Of a DNA stretch of 64,000 bases, positions 1 to 9,527 are shown piece by piece (position 1 is the first letter of the stretch; each line of letters begins with the position of its first letter). The notes under the pieces are model-generated. The model saw only the letters and a program-made list of their open reading frames with translations. It made no database searches and was not told where the DNA came from. This DNA is from Escherichia phage alia: sequence record NC_052655.1; one strand, written 5' to 3'. Made by a program: the position numbers and the translations under genes.

Positions 1-2
1 AT

Positions 3-1313
3 GCTACGTACATCTTTGTAGATAGAGCATTCTTTGATTTTAAAATAAAATACAATGTTAGTTCAGCTAAGTCAAGACGTGCTGCAAAGTTTGTAGACTA
101 CACACTTCGCAACATGAATGCACCACTAAGACAGTATGTACGCTCCTTGCTAACATATAAGCAATTTGGGTTTGCATTTGCAGAAAAGGTGTATGAACTT
201 GATGAAGATCCAAAAAGCCCGTATTTTGGTTATTACCGTCTTGTTAAATTGGCGTTTAGACCCCAGGATACAATTGATTTGGCACAACCTTTCACTTATT
301 CTGATGACGGTCGCACTATTCTTACGGTAAACCAAAACATTACTAATGGAATGGTAAGCCCTGGTACTAACGCAACTCTAATAGGAAGGAAAGAAATTCC
401 TATGGAGAAAGTTATTTACGTAGGGAGCAACATTACAGAGAATAATCCATTAGGTGTAAGCCCACTTCTTGCAGTATATAGAAGTTGGCGTGAAAAATCT
501 CTGATTCAAGAATACGAAGTTGTTGGTGTTTCGAAAGACTTAGGCGGTATGCCAGTGTTGATGGTTCCAAGCGATATTCTCAACAGGGCATCACTAAACC
601 CAAGCGGGGATGAAGCACAATCTTTACGTGTTCTGCAAGCAAATATCGCTAACTTACATGCTGGTGAACAATCCTATATGGTGTTACCTTCTGATGTTTA
701 TGAAGGTACTGTTATGCGCCAGTATGATCTTGTATTCCAAGGTGTTGAGGGTAGTGGTAAGCAATTCGATACACAGGCTCTAATAAAACAACGTAAATTA
801 GATATCTACAACAGATTTGGTGCAGGTGTTCTGATTATGGGTGATGGAGAAGGTGGTAGTTATTCTTTGTCAGATAACAAACAAACCCTTCTTTCACATT
901 TTATTGAGCGTGATGTAGATATTATTACAGAAGCACTAAATACTCAAGTAATTCCCCAACTTCTACGTTTGAATGGTATTTTCTTATCTCAAGAAGATAT
1001 GCCTAAATTTGTTAGTGATGATATCGGTGATCCTGATATTGAAGTTAATGCTAAGGCAATCCAACAAATCGTAGCTGCTGGTGCAATACCATTAACGCCA
1101 GAAGTGATTAATGAATTCTTCGAACGTTTAGGTTTCAATTATAGAATACCTGATGATATTGTTGCTGATCCAGATAAGTTCCAAGAATACCTTGAGACTT
1201 TTATGCCAGACAAGACTTCAAGATCTGGTGATGGTTTAGCGGCTGGTGCTGGTAATGGAACGTCAACATCTCCTGCTGCATTAGATACATCGGCAGCAAA
1301 TTTGGCAAATTAA
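3..1313 (+). CDS. portal protein, 5'-truncated at window edge
   Basis: Reading frame is open from base 3 with no stop before the first ATG at 114, so the gene probably starts upstream of the window. Lies immediately upstream of the head-morphogenesis and capsid genes; the portal assignment is by position and size only. Confidence 0.5.
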   Translation, partial: ATYIFVDRAFFDFKIKYNVSSAKSRRAAKFVDYTLRNMNAPLRQYVRSLLTYKQFGFAFAEKVYELDEDPKSPYFGYYRLVKLAFRPQDTIDLAQPFTYSDDGRTILTVNQNITNGMVSPGTNATLIGRKEIPMEKVIYVGSNITENNPLGVSPLLAVYRSWREKSLIQEYEVVGVSKDLGGMPVLMVPSDILNRASLNPSGDEAQSLRVLQANIANLHAGEQSYMVLPSDVYEGTVMRQYDLVFQGVEGSGKQFDTQALIKQRKLDIYNRFGAGVLIMGDGEGGSYSLSDNKQTLLSHFIERDVDIITEALNTQVIPQLLRLNGIFLSQEDMPKFVSDDIGDPDIEVNAKAIQQIVAAGAIPLTPEVINEFFERLGFNYRIPDDIVADPDKFQEYLETFMPDKTSRSGDGLAAGAGNGTSTSPAALDTSAANLAN

Positions 1314-1344
1314 AAATATTTTTAAAAATTTTTTAATTTAGGTA

Positions 1345-1373
1345 TTGACAAATAAGCAAATATCCTGTAGACT
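1345..1373 (+). promoter_or_regulatory. sigma70-like promoter candidate (TTGACA-N17-TAGACT)
   Basis: TTGACA at 1345-1350, 17-nt spacer, TAGACT at 1368-1373, about 35 nt upstream of the ATG at 1410. Confidence 0.4.
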
Positions 1374-1409
1374 AAGATTTATGGGATATTTGTTTTTATG
1401 AGGAACCGT

Positions 1410-1889
1410 ATGGAACTTAATAAAGACACGCTTTGGGAACTCTATAAAACGTTCAGTGGAACGAAAGAGAAAAAGCAAACCCAACAAAATTCCACTCCAG
1501 AAGAAACACCTGCTACTATCGTCAAACAAAATAAATTTGACGAAGAAAAAATGCAAGTGATTGAAGTGATGTATTGTCCACCAGAACACGATGACCTCCA
1601 CGGTGAACGTATGTCTGAAATTGAAATCAGAAAGATGGTTGACAACTTCAACGCAAATATTACTAACGTAAGTGGTAATCTTGGTCATATCAAAAACACC
1701 GATAAATTTAAACCAGTTAAGGCTTGGGTTAATGAAGTCGATTGTTATATTGGTGACGAGTTTGTTGTTGAAGGAACACCACTCGTTAAAATTCAATTCT
1801 ATGATCCTGAACTGTATGAAGCAAGAAAGAACGGCGTTCTTAAAGGTTTAAGTATTGGTGCAGTAGGATGTAAAGTGAAGAAGGATTAA
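1410..1889 (+). CDS. hypothetical head-morphogenesis protein (possible prohead protease or scaffold component)
   Basis: ATG at 1410 preceded by AGGAA; the track ATG at 1398 has no SD. Sits between portal and scaffold-like genes. Function unassigned. Confidence 0.55.
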   Translation: MELNKDTLWELYKTFSGTKEKKQTQQNSTPEETPATIVKQNKFDEEKMQVIEVMYCPPEHDDLHGERMSEIEIRKMVDNFNANITNVSGNLGHIKNTDKFKPVKAWVNEVDCYIGDEFVVEGTPLVKIQFYDPELYEARKNGVLKGLSIGAVGCKVKKD

Positions 1890-1891
1890 TT

Positions 1892-3007
1892 GTGGCACAT
1901 ACATATCTAGCTGACGTAGACTTTTCGGGTAAAGCTACGGAAGATTCTTGCGGAGCACACATTGCTTACACCTTCGATTTTCAAGGTGGTGCTGCTTCTG
2001 GCTTTAATACCCCTCTACTTTTTAAATCTGGTGACAACCCAGACATTAGCTTCACTAAATTAGAAGCTCTAGAAAAAATGGGTGAAGACGTTACTGAATT
2101 ACGTAAATCATATATGAACCAACTTATGGGATCATTATCTGATGCCGTTCGTGAAAAATACGAATCTGGTTGGGATTGGGTTTATGTAGTCGATGCCGAT
2201 TTTGATAATGGCATTGTTATTTTCTGTTCTGACTATGGAATGTTCTCTACTGATTTTACCCTTAATGGACTTCTTGTTGAAGTTGGTGATGTTGCAAAAC
2301 CAGTAGTACAAACAACGGACTATGAAGTAGTAGACGGTGATGTTTTAGTTTCCCTGGATTTCTTTGACAACTTGATTGATGATGCTCTAGGTGATTTAGT
2401 TAAGAGCGCAATTAAGTTTGATCACGTAAAAGATTATTTAGTAAAAGCTCACGAAGCTCGTACTAATAAAGACTCTGTGATTGCAGAGGATAATCCAGCA
2501 GATCTTGAATCTGCAAACACAACCGATATAAATAAAGGAGATACCCCTTTGGAAAATATTAACAAAGAAGAATTCCTGAAATCTGCTGAGGTGCAAGACC
2601 TTATTAAAGCACAGATTGCAGAAGCGGTAGAAAAAGCTGCTGCTGAAGCTCGTGCAGAGGCAGAAGCTAAAGCACAGGAAGAAATCAACAAAGCTAAGGC
2701 AGAAGCCGAAGAACTTCGTAAAGCAGAGATTGCTCGTATCGAAGAAGACTATACCAATGTAATTAAGTCTTATGGCTATGTTGAAGAAGACAAAGTTGAA
2801 GCACTTGTTAAATACCTAGTAGATAACAAAGAAATTGCTGAAACTGTTGTTACTGCATTTGAAAAAGCTCGCGAAGAAGTTGAAACAGTTAAGAAAGAAT
2901 TTGGCAAAGAAGTAGGTGTTGATGTTGAAAACAAAGAACCTGTTGCTAAATCTGCTTCTGAACTGATTCGTCAAAAAGCTGCTGAACTTAAAAAAGCCCA
3001 GAAATAA
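1892..3007 (+). CDS. putative scaffolding protein
   Basis: GTG start with AAGGA 6-7 nt upstream. C-terminal third is Ala/Glu/Lys-rich with heptad-like charge pattern (AEAVEKAAAEARAEAEAKAQEE...). Position between portal and capsid. Confidence 0.5.
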   Translation: MAHTYLADVDFSGKATEDSCGAHIAYTFDFQGGAASGFNTPLLFKSGDNPDISFTKLEALEKMGEDVTELRKSYMNQLMGSLSDAVREKYESGWDWVYVVDADFDNGIVIFCSDYGMFSTDFTLNGLLVEVGDVAKPVVQTTDYEVVDGDVLVSLDFFDNLIDDALGDLVKSAIKFDHVKDYLVKAHEARTNKDSVIAEDNPADLESANTTDINKGDTPLENINKEEFLKSAEVQDLIKAQIAEAVEKAAAEARAEAEAKAQEEINKAKAEAEELRKAEIARIEEDYTNVIKSYGYVEEDKVEALVKYLVDNKEIAETVVTAFEKAREEVETVKKEFGKEVGVDVENKEPVAKSASELIRQKAAELKKAQK

Positions 3008-3025
3008 TCTAAGGAGATTTAATTA

Positions 3026-3418
3026 ATGGCAACTGGAATTTCTTTATCAAACTACCGCCAGGAATTTGGACACCTTGTTCTGGGTGGAGTATTTAGTTCT
3101 GACCTAGGTCACTGTGTTCGTGAAGTGAACCTGGTTAAAACTGCAACCATGAAAATTGGTTCTGTACTGAAAGCTGACAACACAGAAGCTGCTTCTGCTG
3201 GTGAAGCTGTTAAAGTTCTGCTGTGGACTGACGCACTGTTCGGGATCGATGATGTTGCAGTAGGTGACACTTTCACCGCAGTTGTTGGTGTACGTGACCT
3301 GACTCTCAACCGTTATGCAGTTTACTACAAGAGTGGTGATCTGATTGATGACGCTGGCGTTGCAGCACTGGAAACTCACGATCTGAAACTGACTGAAAAA
3401 GTTGTTTTCACTTCTTAA
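3026..3418 (+). CDS. putative head decoration or accessory capsid protein
   Basis: 130 aa ORF with AAGGAGA SD, immediately upstream of the major capsid gene (lambda D-E-like arrangement). Assignment is positional. Confidence 0.4.
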   Translation: MATGISLSNYRQEFGHLVLGGVFSSDLGHCVREVNLVKTATMKIGSVLKADNTEAASAGEAVKVLLWTDALFGIDDVAVGDTFTAVVGVRDLTLNRYAVYYKSGDLIDDAGVAALETHDLKLTEKVVFTS

Positions 3419-3439
3419 TTTTTAATAGGAGATTTATAC

Positions 3440-4441
3440 ATGCCAGCTATTATCTTAGATCAGGTTGTTGACTTTAGCCCAATGATTGAGCTACAAGAAA
3501 CTCCTGATACACTTATCGCAAGTCTGAACCTGTTTGATGTTCAGTATCATGCTACCACTGCTATCGAAATTGGCAGACAGAAAAATGCAGATGGTCTGAT
3601 CCCAGCACGTGAACGTGGTGGTGAGCGTAACTTCCTGACTATGGACGCTCCAAGCGTTAAAGTCTTCCGTATTCCGTTCTTCCCTCTGGATAAGAACATT
3701 AAGGCACAGGATATTCAATCCTTCCGTAGCTTCGCTATGGGTGGCATCAATGATAACCTGCGTACCGAAGCGGAAGTTGTTAACCGCTATATGACTCAAA
3801 TCCTGCGGGATGTTGCAAAAACTAAAGAAAAAATCTTTGCAGAAGCAGTAATGGGTCGTGCATACAATGGTGTTGGTGGTGCAGCTAACTCTGCATACAA
3901 CTGGTACACCGAATGGGGTGCTACCCAGAAATCAGTATCTGTAGACTTCGCTTCTACTACTGTTTCTCCGGCTGCTACCATTGAGAAAGAAGCTCGTGCA
4001 TACATCATCGATCAGAAACAAGACGGTTCTACCGCTACTCGTATTGTTGCTCTGTGCTCTCGTGAGTTCTTTGCTTCTCTGGTTAACTCTCCGTTTGTTC
4101 GCCAGGCTTATCAATACTTCCAAGGTACTCCGAACCTTCTGCGTGACCGCCTAAGCGGTAATATGGACGTTCAGGTATTCGAATGGAATGGTGTAACCTA
4201 CATCGAAGATATCCACGGTAACATTCCTGCTGGTGAAGCGTTTGTTCTGCCAATGGGTATTCCAGATATGTTCCAGGCGCACTATGCTCCAGCGGATACT
4301 CCAGAACTGGCTAACACTGTTGCTCGTGATCTGTATACCTTTATGGTATCTGAACACCGCACTGTACAGCTACAGTCTGAATTCTCCCTGCTGGCGGTTA
4401 ATACCCGTCCAGAACTGGTAGTTAAACTGACTACTGCTTAA
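3440..4441 (+). CDS. major capsid protein
   Basis: 333 aa ORF with AGGAGA SD, followed by a strong intrinsic terminator. Position after portal/scaffold/decoration-like genes; size fits lambda E-type capsid proteins. Confidence 0.7.
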   Translation: MPAIILDQVVDFSPMIELQETPDTLIASLNLFDVQYHATTAIEIGRQKNADGLIPARERGGERNFLTMDAPSVKVFRIPFFPLDKNIKAQDIQSFRSFAMGGINDNLRTEAEVVNRYMTQILRDVAKTKEKIFAEAVMGRAYNGVGGAANSAYNWYTEWGATQKSVSVDFASTTVSPAATIEKEARAYIIDQKQDGSTATRIVALCSREFFASLVNSPFVRQAYQYFQGTPNLLRDRLSGNMDVQVFEWNGVTYIEDIHGNIPAGEAFVLPMGIPDMFQAHYAPADTPELANTVARDLYTFMVSEHRTVQLQSEFSLLAVNTRPELVVKLTTA

Positions 4442-4462
4442 TCCTTAACGGGATTCTAAAAA

Positions 4463-4489
4463 GCCTGCCCCTTGCGGGTGGGCTTTTTT
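4463..4489 (+). terminator. intrinsic terminator after capsid gene
   Basis: Stem GCCTGCCC (4463-4470) / GGGTGGGC (4476-4483) with two G-U pairs, loop CTTGC, then TTTTTT. Confidence 0.7.
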
Positions 4490-4526
4490 ATTATGTGTCC
4501 CACTAACAATGAGAGGAAACACGATT

Positions 4527-4877
4527 ATGGGTAACGCTGTACTGAAAACATATTTTAGCTACCATGAAATGATTGTGGATTTTGCTTCACTATCTCCTGC
4601 ATTAGATGCAGGTAAGACACTTAGTGTTGCTCCACCTATGTCATTCTATACTACAGATGGTAGAGTAGCCCTTGGTGGTAACTTTATTCACTTCTTAGTT
4701 CGTCTACGTGAAGAGACAGGAATTCAGGTTCATCCTTTCGGAAGTGAAGAACATCCTGGCTACTATCTCGTTAGCTATGAAGATTATGCACCTGTAGAAT
4801 TAAAAACGCAAGATAAAATTGAAGTTAAAGCAGTAGACACACCAGCAAAGAAACGTGCACAGCGCACTAAAAAGTAA
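4527..4877 (+). CDS. hypothetical head-tail joining (neck) protein
   Basis: ATG at 4527 preceded by GAGAGGA (the track start at 4509 has no SD). Basic C-terminus. Lies between capsid and tail sheath. Confidence 0.55.
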   Translation: MGNAVLKTYFSYHEMIVDFASLSPALDAGKTLSVAPPMSFYTTDGRVALGGNFIHFLVRLREETGIQVHPFGSEEHPGYYLVSYEDYAPVELKTQDKIEVKAVDTPAKKRAQRTKK

Positions 4878-4889
4878 TAGGAGGTTTAC

Positions 4890-5438
4890 ATGCTTATAGC
4901 TAGTGACCTTGTACCTATGATCCGCATATTGGTATTTAACCCTTCACAAGAAACACTGTCTGATGCAATGATTGAACAAATCATTCAAACGTGGATAGAT
5001 GTACTAGGGAATGATGATGCCAATAAATGTGCTGTACTGTGGAACAGTCTGATCTCTGTACTTGAATACTTGTGGAATACAGACGTACTAAATCATAATA
5101 CACAAACAGGTGGTGCTCTCTCTAGAAAAGAGAAAGTTGGCGAAGTACAGGTTGAAGTAACCTTTGGTACTGGACAGACAGAATACATTTCACCTTGGGA
5201 AAATATCTATAAAGGATATCTTGATGGTGATATGATGATACCTGGTTGTACTTCTGGTAGAGGTGTAACAAGTAAAGTATTAGTTGGTGGTGTTGATGCT
5301 CGTGAAATTGATCGTGTCAACAGCGATCCTAATTCAGTAAATGGTTTAGGTGGTGTTGGTAGTGTAGATCGACATACGAGAAATATCAAATATGCCAGAA
5401 ACTATGGCCCCATTGGTTACTACAGAAGGGATAAATAA
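4890..5438 (+). CDS. hypothetical head-tail joining (neck) protein
   Basis: AGGAGG SD 6 nt before the ATG; its stop overlaps the next start (TAATG). Confidence 0.6.
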   Translation: MLIASDLVPMIRILVFNPSQETLSDAMIEQIIQTWIDVLGNDDANKCAVLWNSLISVLEYLWNTDVLNHNTQTGGALSRKEKVGEVQVEVTFGTGQTEYISPWENIYKGYLDGDMMIPGCTSGRGVTSKVLVGGVDAREIDRVNSDPNSVNGLGGVGSVDRHTRNIKYARNYGPIGYYRRDK

Positions 5439-5926
5439 TGAAATGTGAGATCACACGTGGCGATGATATGTCGTTAGATGAATATTTTAGTAAAATGCTG
5501 GCTCTAGATAATATAGAAATAGATGCTGGTTTTCTTACTGCTGTTCGCCATCCAGAATCAGATCTCACTATCCCTGCAATTGCTGCCATACAACAGTTTG
5601 GTAATGAAACAAACAATACTCCTGCACGTCCGTTTTTAACGGACGGTGCAGTCCACGCCAGTAAAGAAATACCTAAGCATTTTGAAGAAGTGTTTAGAAA
5701 TTATTTACTTCGTGGAAGGGGTTTAGCTGCCTTTGAACCTATTGCAAAAGTTTCACGAGAATCTATTGCTAAAGCGATTGCTCTGCAACGTTATAGACCG
5801 CTATCTTCTGTGACTATTAAAATCCGTAGAGATAAAGGTAACTACTCTTCTCATATTCTTATTGATACTGGACACTTAATTAACAGTATTGAATCAGAAA
5901 TCAAGAAGGGTCGTTCTAAAAAATAA
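5438..5926 (+). CDS. hypothetical head-tail joining (neck) protein
   Basis: ATG overlaps the upstream stop; GAAGGG SD present. Confidence 0.6.
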   Translation: MKCEITRGDDMSLDEYFSKMLALDNIEIDAGFLTAVRHPESDLTIPAIAAIQQFGNETNNTPARPFLTDGAVHASKEIPKHFEEVFRNYLLRGRGLAAFEPIAKVSRESIAKAIALQRYRPLSSVTIKIRRDKGNYSSHILIDTGHLINSIESEIKKGRSKK

Positions 5927-5927
5927 C

Positions 5928-5956
5928 TTGCAATAAGTCTGTTTTTGATGTATACT
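5928..5956 (+). promoter_or_regulatory. sigma70-like promoter candidate (TTGCAA-N17-TATACT)
   Basis: TTGCAA 5928-5933, 17-nt spacer, TATACT 5951-5956, just upstream of the AGGAGA SD and the ATG at 5971. Confidence 0.3.
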
Positions 5957-5970
5957 AAAAAGGAGATACA

Positions 5971-6387
5971 ATGCTATTAGACCAATTTACTCTCCTTGAT
6001 CTAACAACGTATCAGGGTCGTAAAAGAACCTATGTTCAAGATCCTGATTCGCCAATTTCCAATATGGGTAATACAGTAGCATATGAAGACTTTACAATAG
6101 AGGCTGCAAGTTTGCAACCAATATCAGGTAGAACACTTCAAGCACTGCCAGAAGGATACAGATCTAAGGCACAATATAGCTTCTGGACAAAAACAGAAAT
6201 CAGAGGCATCCAGCAAGGATCAGATCAATTATCTGACCAAATACTAATAGATGGACAATGGTTTTCCATTTATTCTTTGAAAGACTGGACAAGAACATCT
6301 TTCTTAATACACACACATTGTGTTGCTATTCTAGATGACCAGAATAACACCTATTCATATTCTGAGGAGGGTGGTAATTTTGGCTAA
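5971..6387 (+). CDS. hypothetical neck / tail-completion protein
   Basis: 138 aa ORF with AGGAGA SD. Confidence 0.6.
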   Translation: MLLDQFTLLDLTTYQGRKRTYVQDPDSPISNMGNTVAYEDFTIEAASLQPISGRTLQALPEGYRSKAQYSFWTKTEIRGIQQGSDQLSDQILIDGQWFSIYSLKDWTRTSFLIHTHCVAILDDQNNTYSYSEEGGNFG

Positions 6388-7036
6388 TATCTATGAACAA
6401 ATTGAATTGTATGAAAATACGATATTATTAAATATCGCTAAGTTCTTACAAAGACTAGTGGGGCTTCCGGTTTATGTTATGGATAAACCATTTGTTAAAC
6501 CAACAACCCCATATCTGACATTACGTATTGTATCATCTGATGATTCAGGTGGTTGGTCACAAAAATATTCTTTTAGTGAAGATGCGTTTTCCTATCTAAT
6601 GGACAATAAGTATGAAATAGAACTTATGGCTTTTAGAGGAAGACCCATGACACTTTTAAGTTATGTTCTTGCGGCACTTCGTGGTGCAGATGAATTAAAA
6701 TACCAGTATCTTTATTCCAAAGGTATTAGCTTCTTATCTGCAACAAATGTTGCACAGGCTAACACTGTTCTGGATGGAGATAAAACTGAACAAAGAGCGA
6801 GAATATTTCTTACATTCAATACTACGATGGTTATTGAGGATTTAGTAACTACCGAAATTGAAGCAATTAATATGAACATTCATTCGTTCAGAGATGATTA
6901 CGATGATCCTACTCCAATAGATCTTCCTTTGGATAAGATTTACATTGTTGCTCACAGAAGTAAAACTTATTACTTTACGACGACTGATGATGGATCATTA
7001 ATTAAGTATATCCCAACGGATAATTCATTGGAATAA
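6380..7036 (+). CDS. hypothetical neck / tail-terminator-like protein
   Basis: TTG at 6380 lies 8 nt after GAGGAGGG and overlaps the upstream stop (TTGGCTAA). The track ATG at 6335 would overlap the previous gene by 53 nt and has no SD. Confidence 0.5.
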   Translation: MANIYEQIELYENTILLNIAKFLQRLVGLPVYVMDKPFVKPTTPYLTLRIVSSDDSGGWSQKYSFSEDAFSYLMDNKYEIELMAFRGRPMTLLSYVLAALRGADELKYQYLYSKGISFLSATNVAQANTVLDGDKTEQRARIFLTFNTTMVIEDLVTTEIEAINMNIHSFRDDYDDPTPIDLPLDKIYIVAHRSKTYYFTTTDDGSLIKYIPTDNSLE

Positions 7037-7056
7037 AGTTTCTAACAGGAGCATAA

Positions 7057-8463
7057 ATGGCAACTTTTCGTGATAAGGTAGTTTCCGTAACCCTTACCTA
7101 CGGTGCTACTTCAATTAGTGAAACACAGTTTGATATCCCTCTAATTCTTACAGGGCATAACGTTACTGGCAATCTTGTAGATTATTTCACTTCTTCAGAC
7201 GCACTTCTGCAAGCAGGTTTTGGCACTGCCGATCCAGCTTATAAAATGGCAAAACTACTATTTGACGGTCTGTTCGCACCAGAACAAGTTATCGTCGGTA
7301 AGCGTGATGTTTCTAAAACAACTCTAACTCCAGTAGTTGAAGATAGTGCAACTTACGTTATCACTATTAAAGCAAATTCAAAAAGCAAGGACTTCAAGTT
7401 TGTTGCCGATGATACTGCAACTGCTCAAGAGATTGTTGTTGGTTTAACAGAAATGATCAACGCAGACGTAGTGTATAAAGAATTTTTCACTGTGTCAAAC
7501 GATGGTAGTGTTATCACTGTAACCCCAGTTGCAGGTAAATACGCTACTATGGATAGTTCAGGATTCACAACTAAAGTAGAATATGCAAATGATATCTTAG
7601 AAGATATTGCTAAAATTGCAGACTATGAAAACAGTTGGTTCTGGTTACTATCTGATTCTCACGCAGAACAAGATATTATCGATCTAGCAGGTTATGTAGA
7701 AGAGCACGATAAAGTGTATTTCTTCTCTACCTCGCAACAAGGTGTTCTAACTAAAGAAGAAGATAACATTCTAGAACGCTTAGGTGATATGGGCTACAAT
7801 AACACTTGTATGGCATTGTGGATGACTAACGCTGATACAGTGTTCCCAGAGGCTGCTGTAGTTGGTTCTATCTGCTCTGCAACACCAGGTACTACTACCC
7901 TACATGGTAAAACCCTTGTTGGTATCGAGATTGAAAAACTTGGTCAGACAGCAGAAAACTTTATCGTTCAACAGAATGGTAATATTTACCGTAAAGAACA
8001 CGGTGTTCTGTTCTACCGTGATGGCTTCATGGTTAGTGGTTTCTATGTTGACTATGTGGTACACGCTCTGTGGTTCAAAGCTCGCGTAGAAGAATCTCTG
8101 TTCGCTCTATTCAAACAGCAATCTATGCTTGGTAGTGGTGTTAGAGCAACTTCTGCTGGTCTTGCTTTGATTCGTCAGGCTGTTACTGCAAACCCAATCC
8201 AAGTAGGTATTAACAATGGTTCTATTGCCAATGAGGTAGTAACTTCAGAGGAAACAGGACTTCTGGTAAGCCTTAAACCTACTATCTATATCCCATCTCG
8301 TGCAGATATGACTGATGCTCAAATCAATGCACGTTTGGTTGATGGTATGGTTATTGAATACGTATATGCTGGATTCTTCCACTATGTTAAAGTGCAGGTA
8401 AACGTTCTAACGAACCGCACTGCAAATAGCCAGAATTCCAATAGCTCTACTGTATCTTCATAA
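7057..8463 (+). CDS. tail sheath protein
   Basis: 468 aa ORF with CAGGAG SD, immediately upstream of a ~160 aa tube-like gene, the frameshifted chaperone pair and the tape measure gene (P2/Mu-like contractile-tail order). Confidence 0.7.
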   Translation: MATFRDKVVSVTLTYGATSISETQFDIPLILTGHNVTGNLVDYFTSSDALLQAGFGTADPAYKMAKLLFDGLFAPEQVIVGKRDVSKTTLTPVVEDSATYVITIKANSKSKDFKFVADDTATAQEIVVGLTEMINADVVYKEFFTVSNDGSVITVTPVAGKYATMDSSGFTTKVEYANDILEDIAKIADYENSWFWLLSDSHAEQDIIDLAGYVEEHDKVYFFSTSQQGVLTKEEDNILERLGDMGYNNTCMALWMTNADTVFPEAAVVGSICSATPGTTTLHGKTLVGIEIEKLGQTAENFIVQQNGNIYRKEHGVLFYRDGFMVSGFYVDYVVHALWFKARVEESLFALFKQQSMLGSGVRATSAGLALIRQAVTANPIQVGINNGSIANEVVTSEETGLLVSLKPTIYIPSRADMTDAQINARLVDGMVIEYVYAGFFHYVKVQVNVLTNRTANSQNSNSSTVSS

Positions 8464-8471
8464 TTAAAAGC

Positions 8472-8489
8472 AGCGGGGGAAACCCCGCT
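8472..8489 (+). terminator. hairpin after sheath gene (GAAA loop)
   Basis: AGCGGGG-GAAA-CCCCGCT perfect 7-bp stem; the downstream U-tract is weak (TATATG), so this may be a partial terminator. Confidence 0.45.
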
Positions 8490-8521
8490 TATATGAAAAG
8501 TAGTATAAAAGGAGATCCACT

Positions 8522-9001
8522 TTGGATAAAATGCTTACTGGCGTAATGGCCTATGATCCTTCTCAAGTAATCCTGTCTTTGGGTGGTTGGGAACCTTGGG
8601 GTTTCGCCGCAGATACCAAAATTGTTATTAACAAAACTAACGATATCATCAACCCATATTCAGGTACTGATGGTGACGTTTCCTTGGCGCTTAGTCGTAA
8701 CCGTTTAGGTACGCTAACAATGTCACTGCAACGTACTTCCCCAGCAAACGAAGTTCTTGCTGCTTATGCACAAACGATGTATTCTACTCGTCAAGTAGCA
8801 TTTAGCGTATATCTAGAAGACCCTCGCGGATATTATATCAGCACAATTGGTTGGATTCAAAGTCAACCGGACGACACTATTGGTGAAACTATTCAAGAAA
8901 ACCAATGGGTAATTGGTCTTAAAGATGCAAGCCTACTTCGTTCTACTGTAGGTGTTGGTGTTAACGCACTTAACTCTATTAGTGCTCTAACTATTCAGTA
9001 A
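8522..9001 (+). CDS. tail tube protein
   Basis: 159 aa ORF; TTG at 8522 is 7 nt after AAGGAGA. Sits between sheath and chaperone genes and is followed by a strong terminator. Confidence 0.7.
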   Translation: MDKMLTGVMAYDPSQVILSLGGWEPWGFAADTKIVINKTNDIINPYSGTDGDVSLALSRNRLGTLTMSLQRTSPANEVLAAYAQTMYSTRQVAFSVYLEDPRGYYISTIGWIQSQPDDTIGETIQENQWVIGLKDASLLRSTVGVGVNALNSISALTIQ

Positions 9002-9005
9002 CAAA

Positions 9006-9030
9006 AAGGGCAGAAATGCCCTTTATTTTT
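9006..9030 (+). terminator. intrinsic terminator after tube gene
   Basis: AAGGGCA-GAAA-TGCCCTT stem followed by TATTTTT. Confidence 0.7.
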
Positions 9031-9044
9031 AAAGAGAGGAAATA

Positions 9045-9527
9045 ATGGAACAACAAAAAGATAATACTATTGCAAAATTTGCTCGTCCAGAAGTAATGGT
9101 TGAAATTGATCTGGATGAAGGACGCAGTGTAAAATTTAGAGTTCTCAAGTGGAGTCCAACTAAAGTTTTTGAAAGGATTCCAGAACTAGGTAGTGTACTA
9201 GCTGTTCCTATGACAATGTATAATACTGCTCTTATGTCAGCAGACGAAGATCTAGAAGCTCGTATTGCTATGGCACTGATCCAATTATTCAGTGGTCTGG
9301 AAGAAAAAAACTTAGCCGCATTCTTACGTAAAATTTTAGATGAAGTTTACACAGAAGCAGGTCATAGTGTTTCCGATAATTTTGATGAATTGTTTTTTGC
9401 TCACCCAGAATTAGTTGTTGACTTAGCTGCAAAAGTTCTTGAGGTGAACTATGCCCCTTTTTTCAAACGAGGTTTCGGAAAACTGTTGACCCAATTTCAA
9501 GGAATAGAGACTCTAGCGAAGAGTTAA
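9045..9527 (+). CDS. tail assembly chaperone (G-like, short product)
   Basis: 160 aa ORF with AGAGAGGAAA SD, directly upstream of the tape measure gene; its 3' end overlaps a second open frame. Confidence 0.65.
   Translation: MEQQKDNTIAKFARPEVMVEIDLDEGRSVKFRVLKWSPTKVFERIPELGSVLAVPMTMYNTALMSADEDLEARIAMALIQLFSGLEEKNLAAFLRKILDEVYTEAGHSVSDNFDELFFAHPELVVDLAAKVLEVNYAPFFKRGFGKLLTQFQGIETLAKS

Noticed and set aside
150-4421. Minus-strand and alternate-frame ORFs inside the head genes (150-335, 1338-1796, 1442-1651, 2449-2691, 3104-3379, 3109-3309, 3491-3799, 3796-4008, 3932-4123, 4151-4357, 4233-4421)
   Set aside because: All lie antisense to or out of frame with longer ORFs that have strong SD signals and a coherent operon context; none has its own SD or a recognisable motif.
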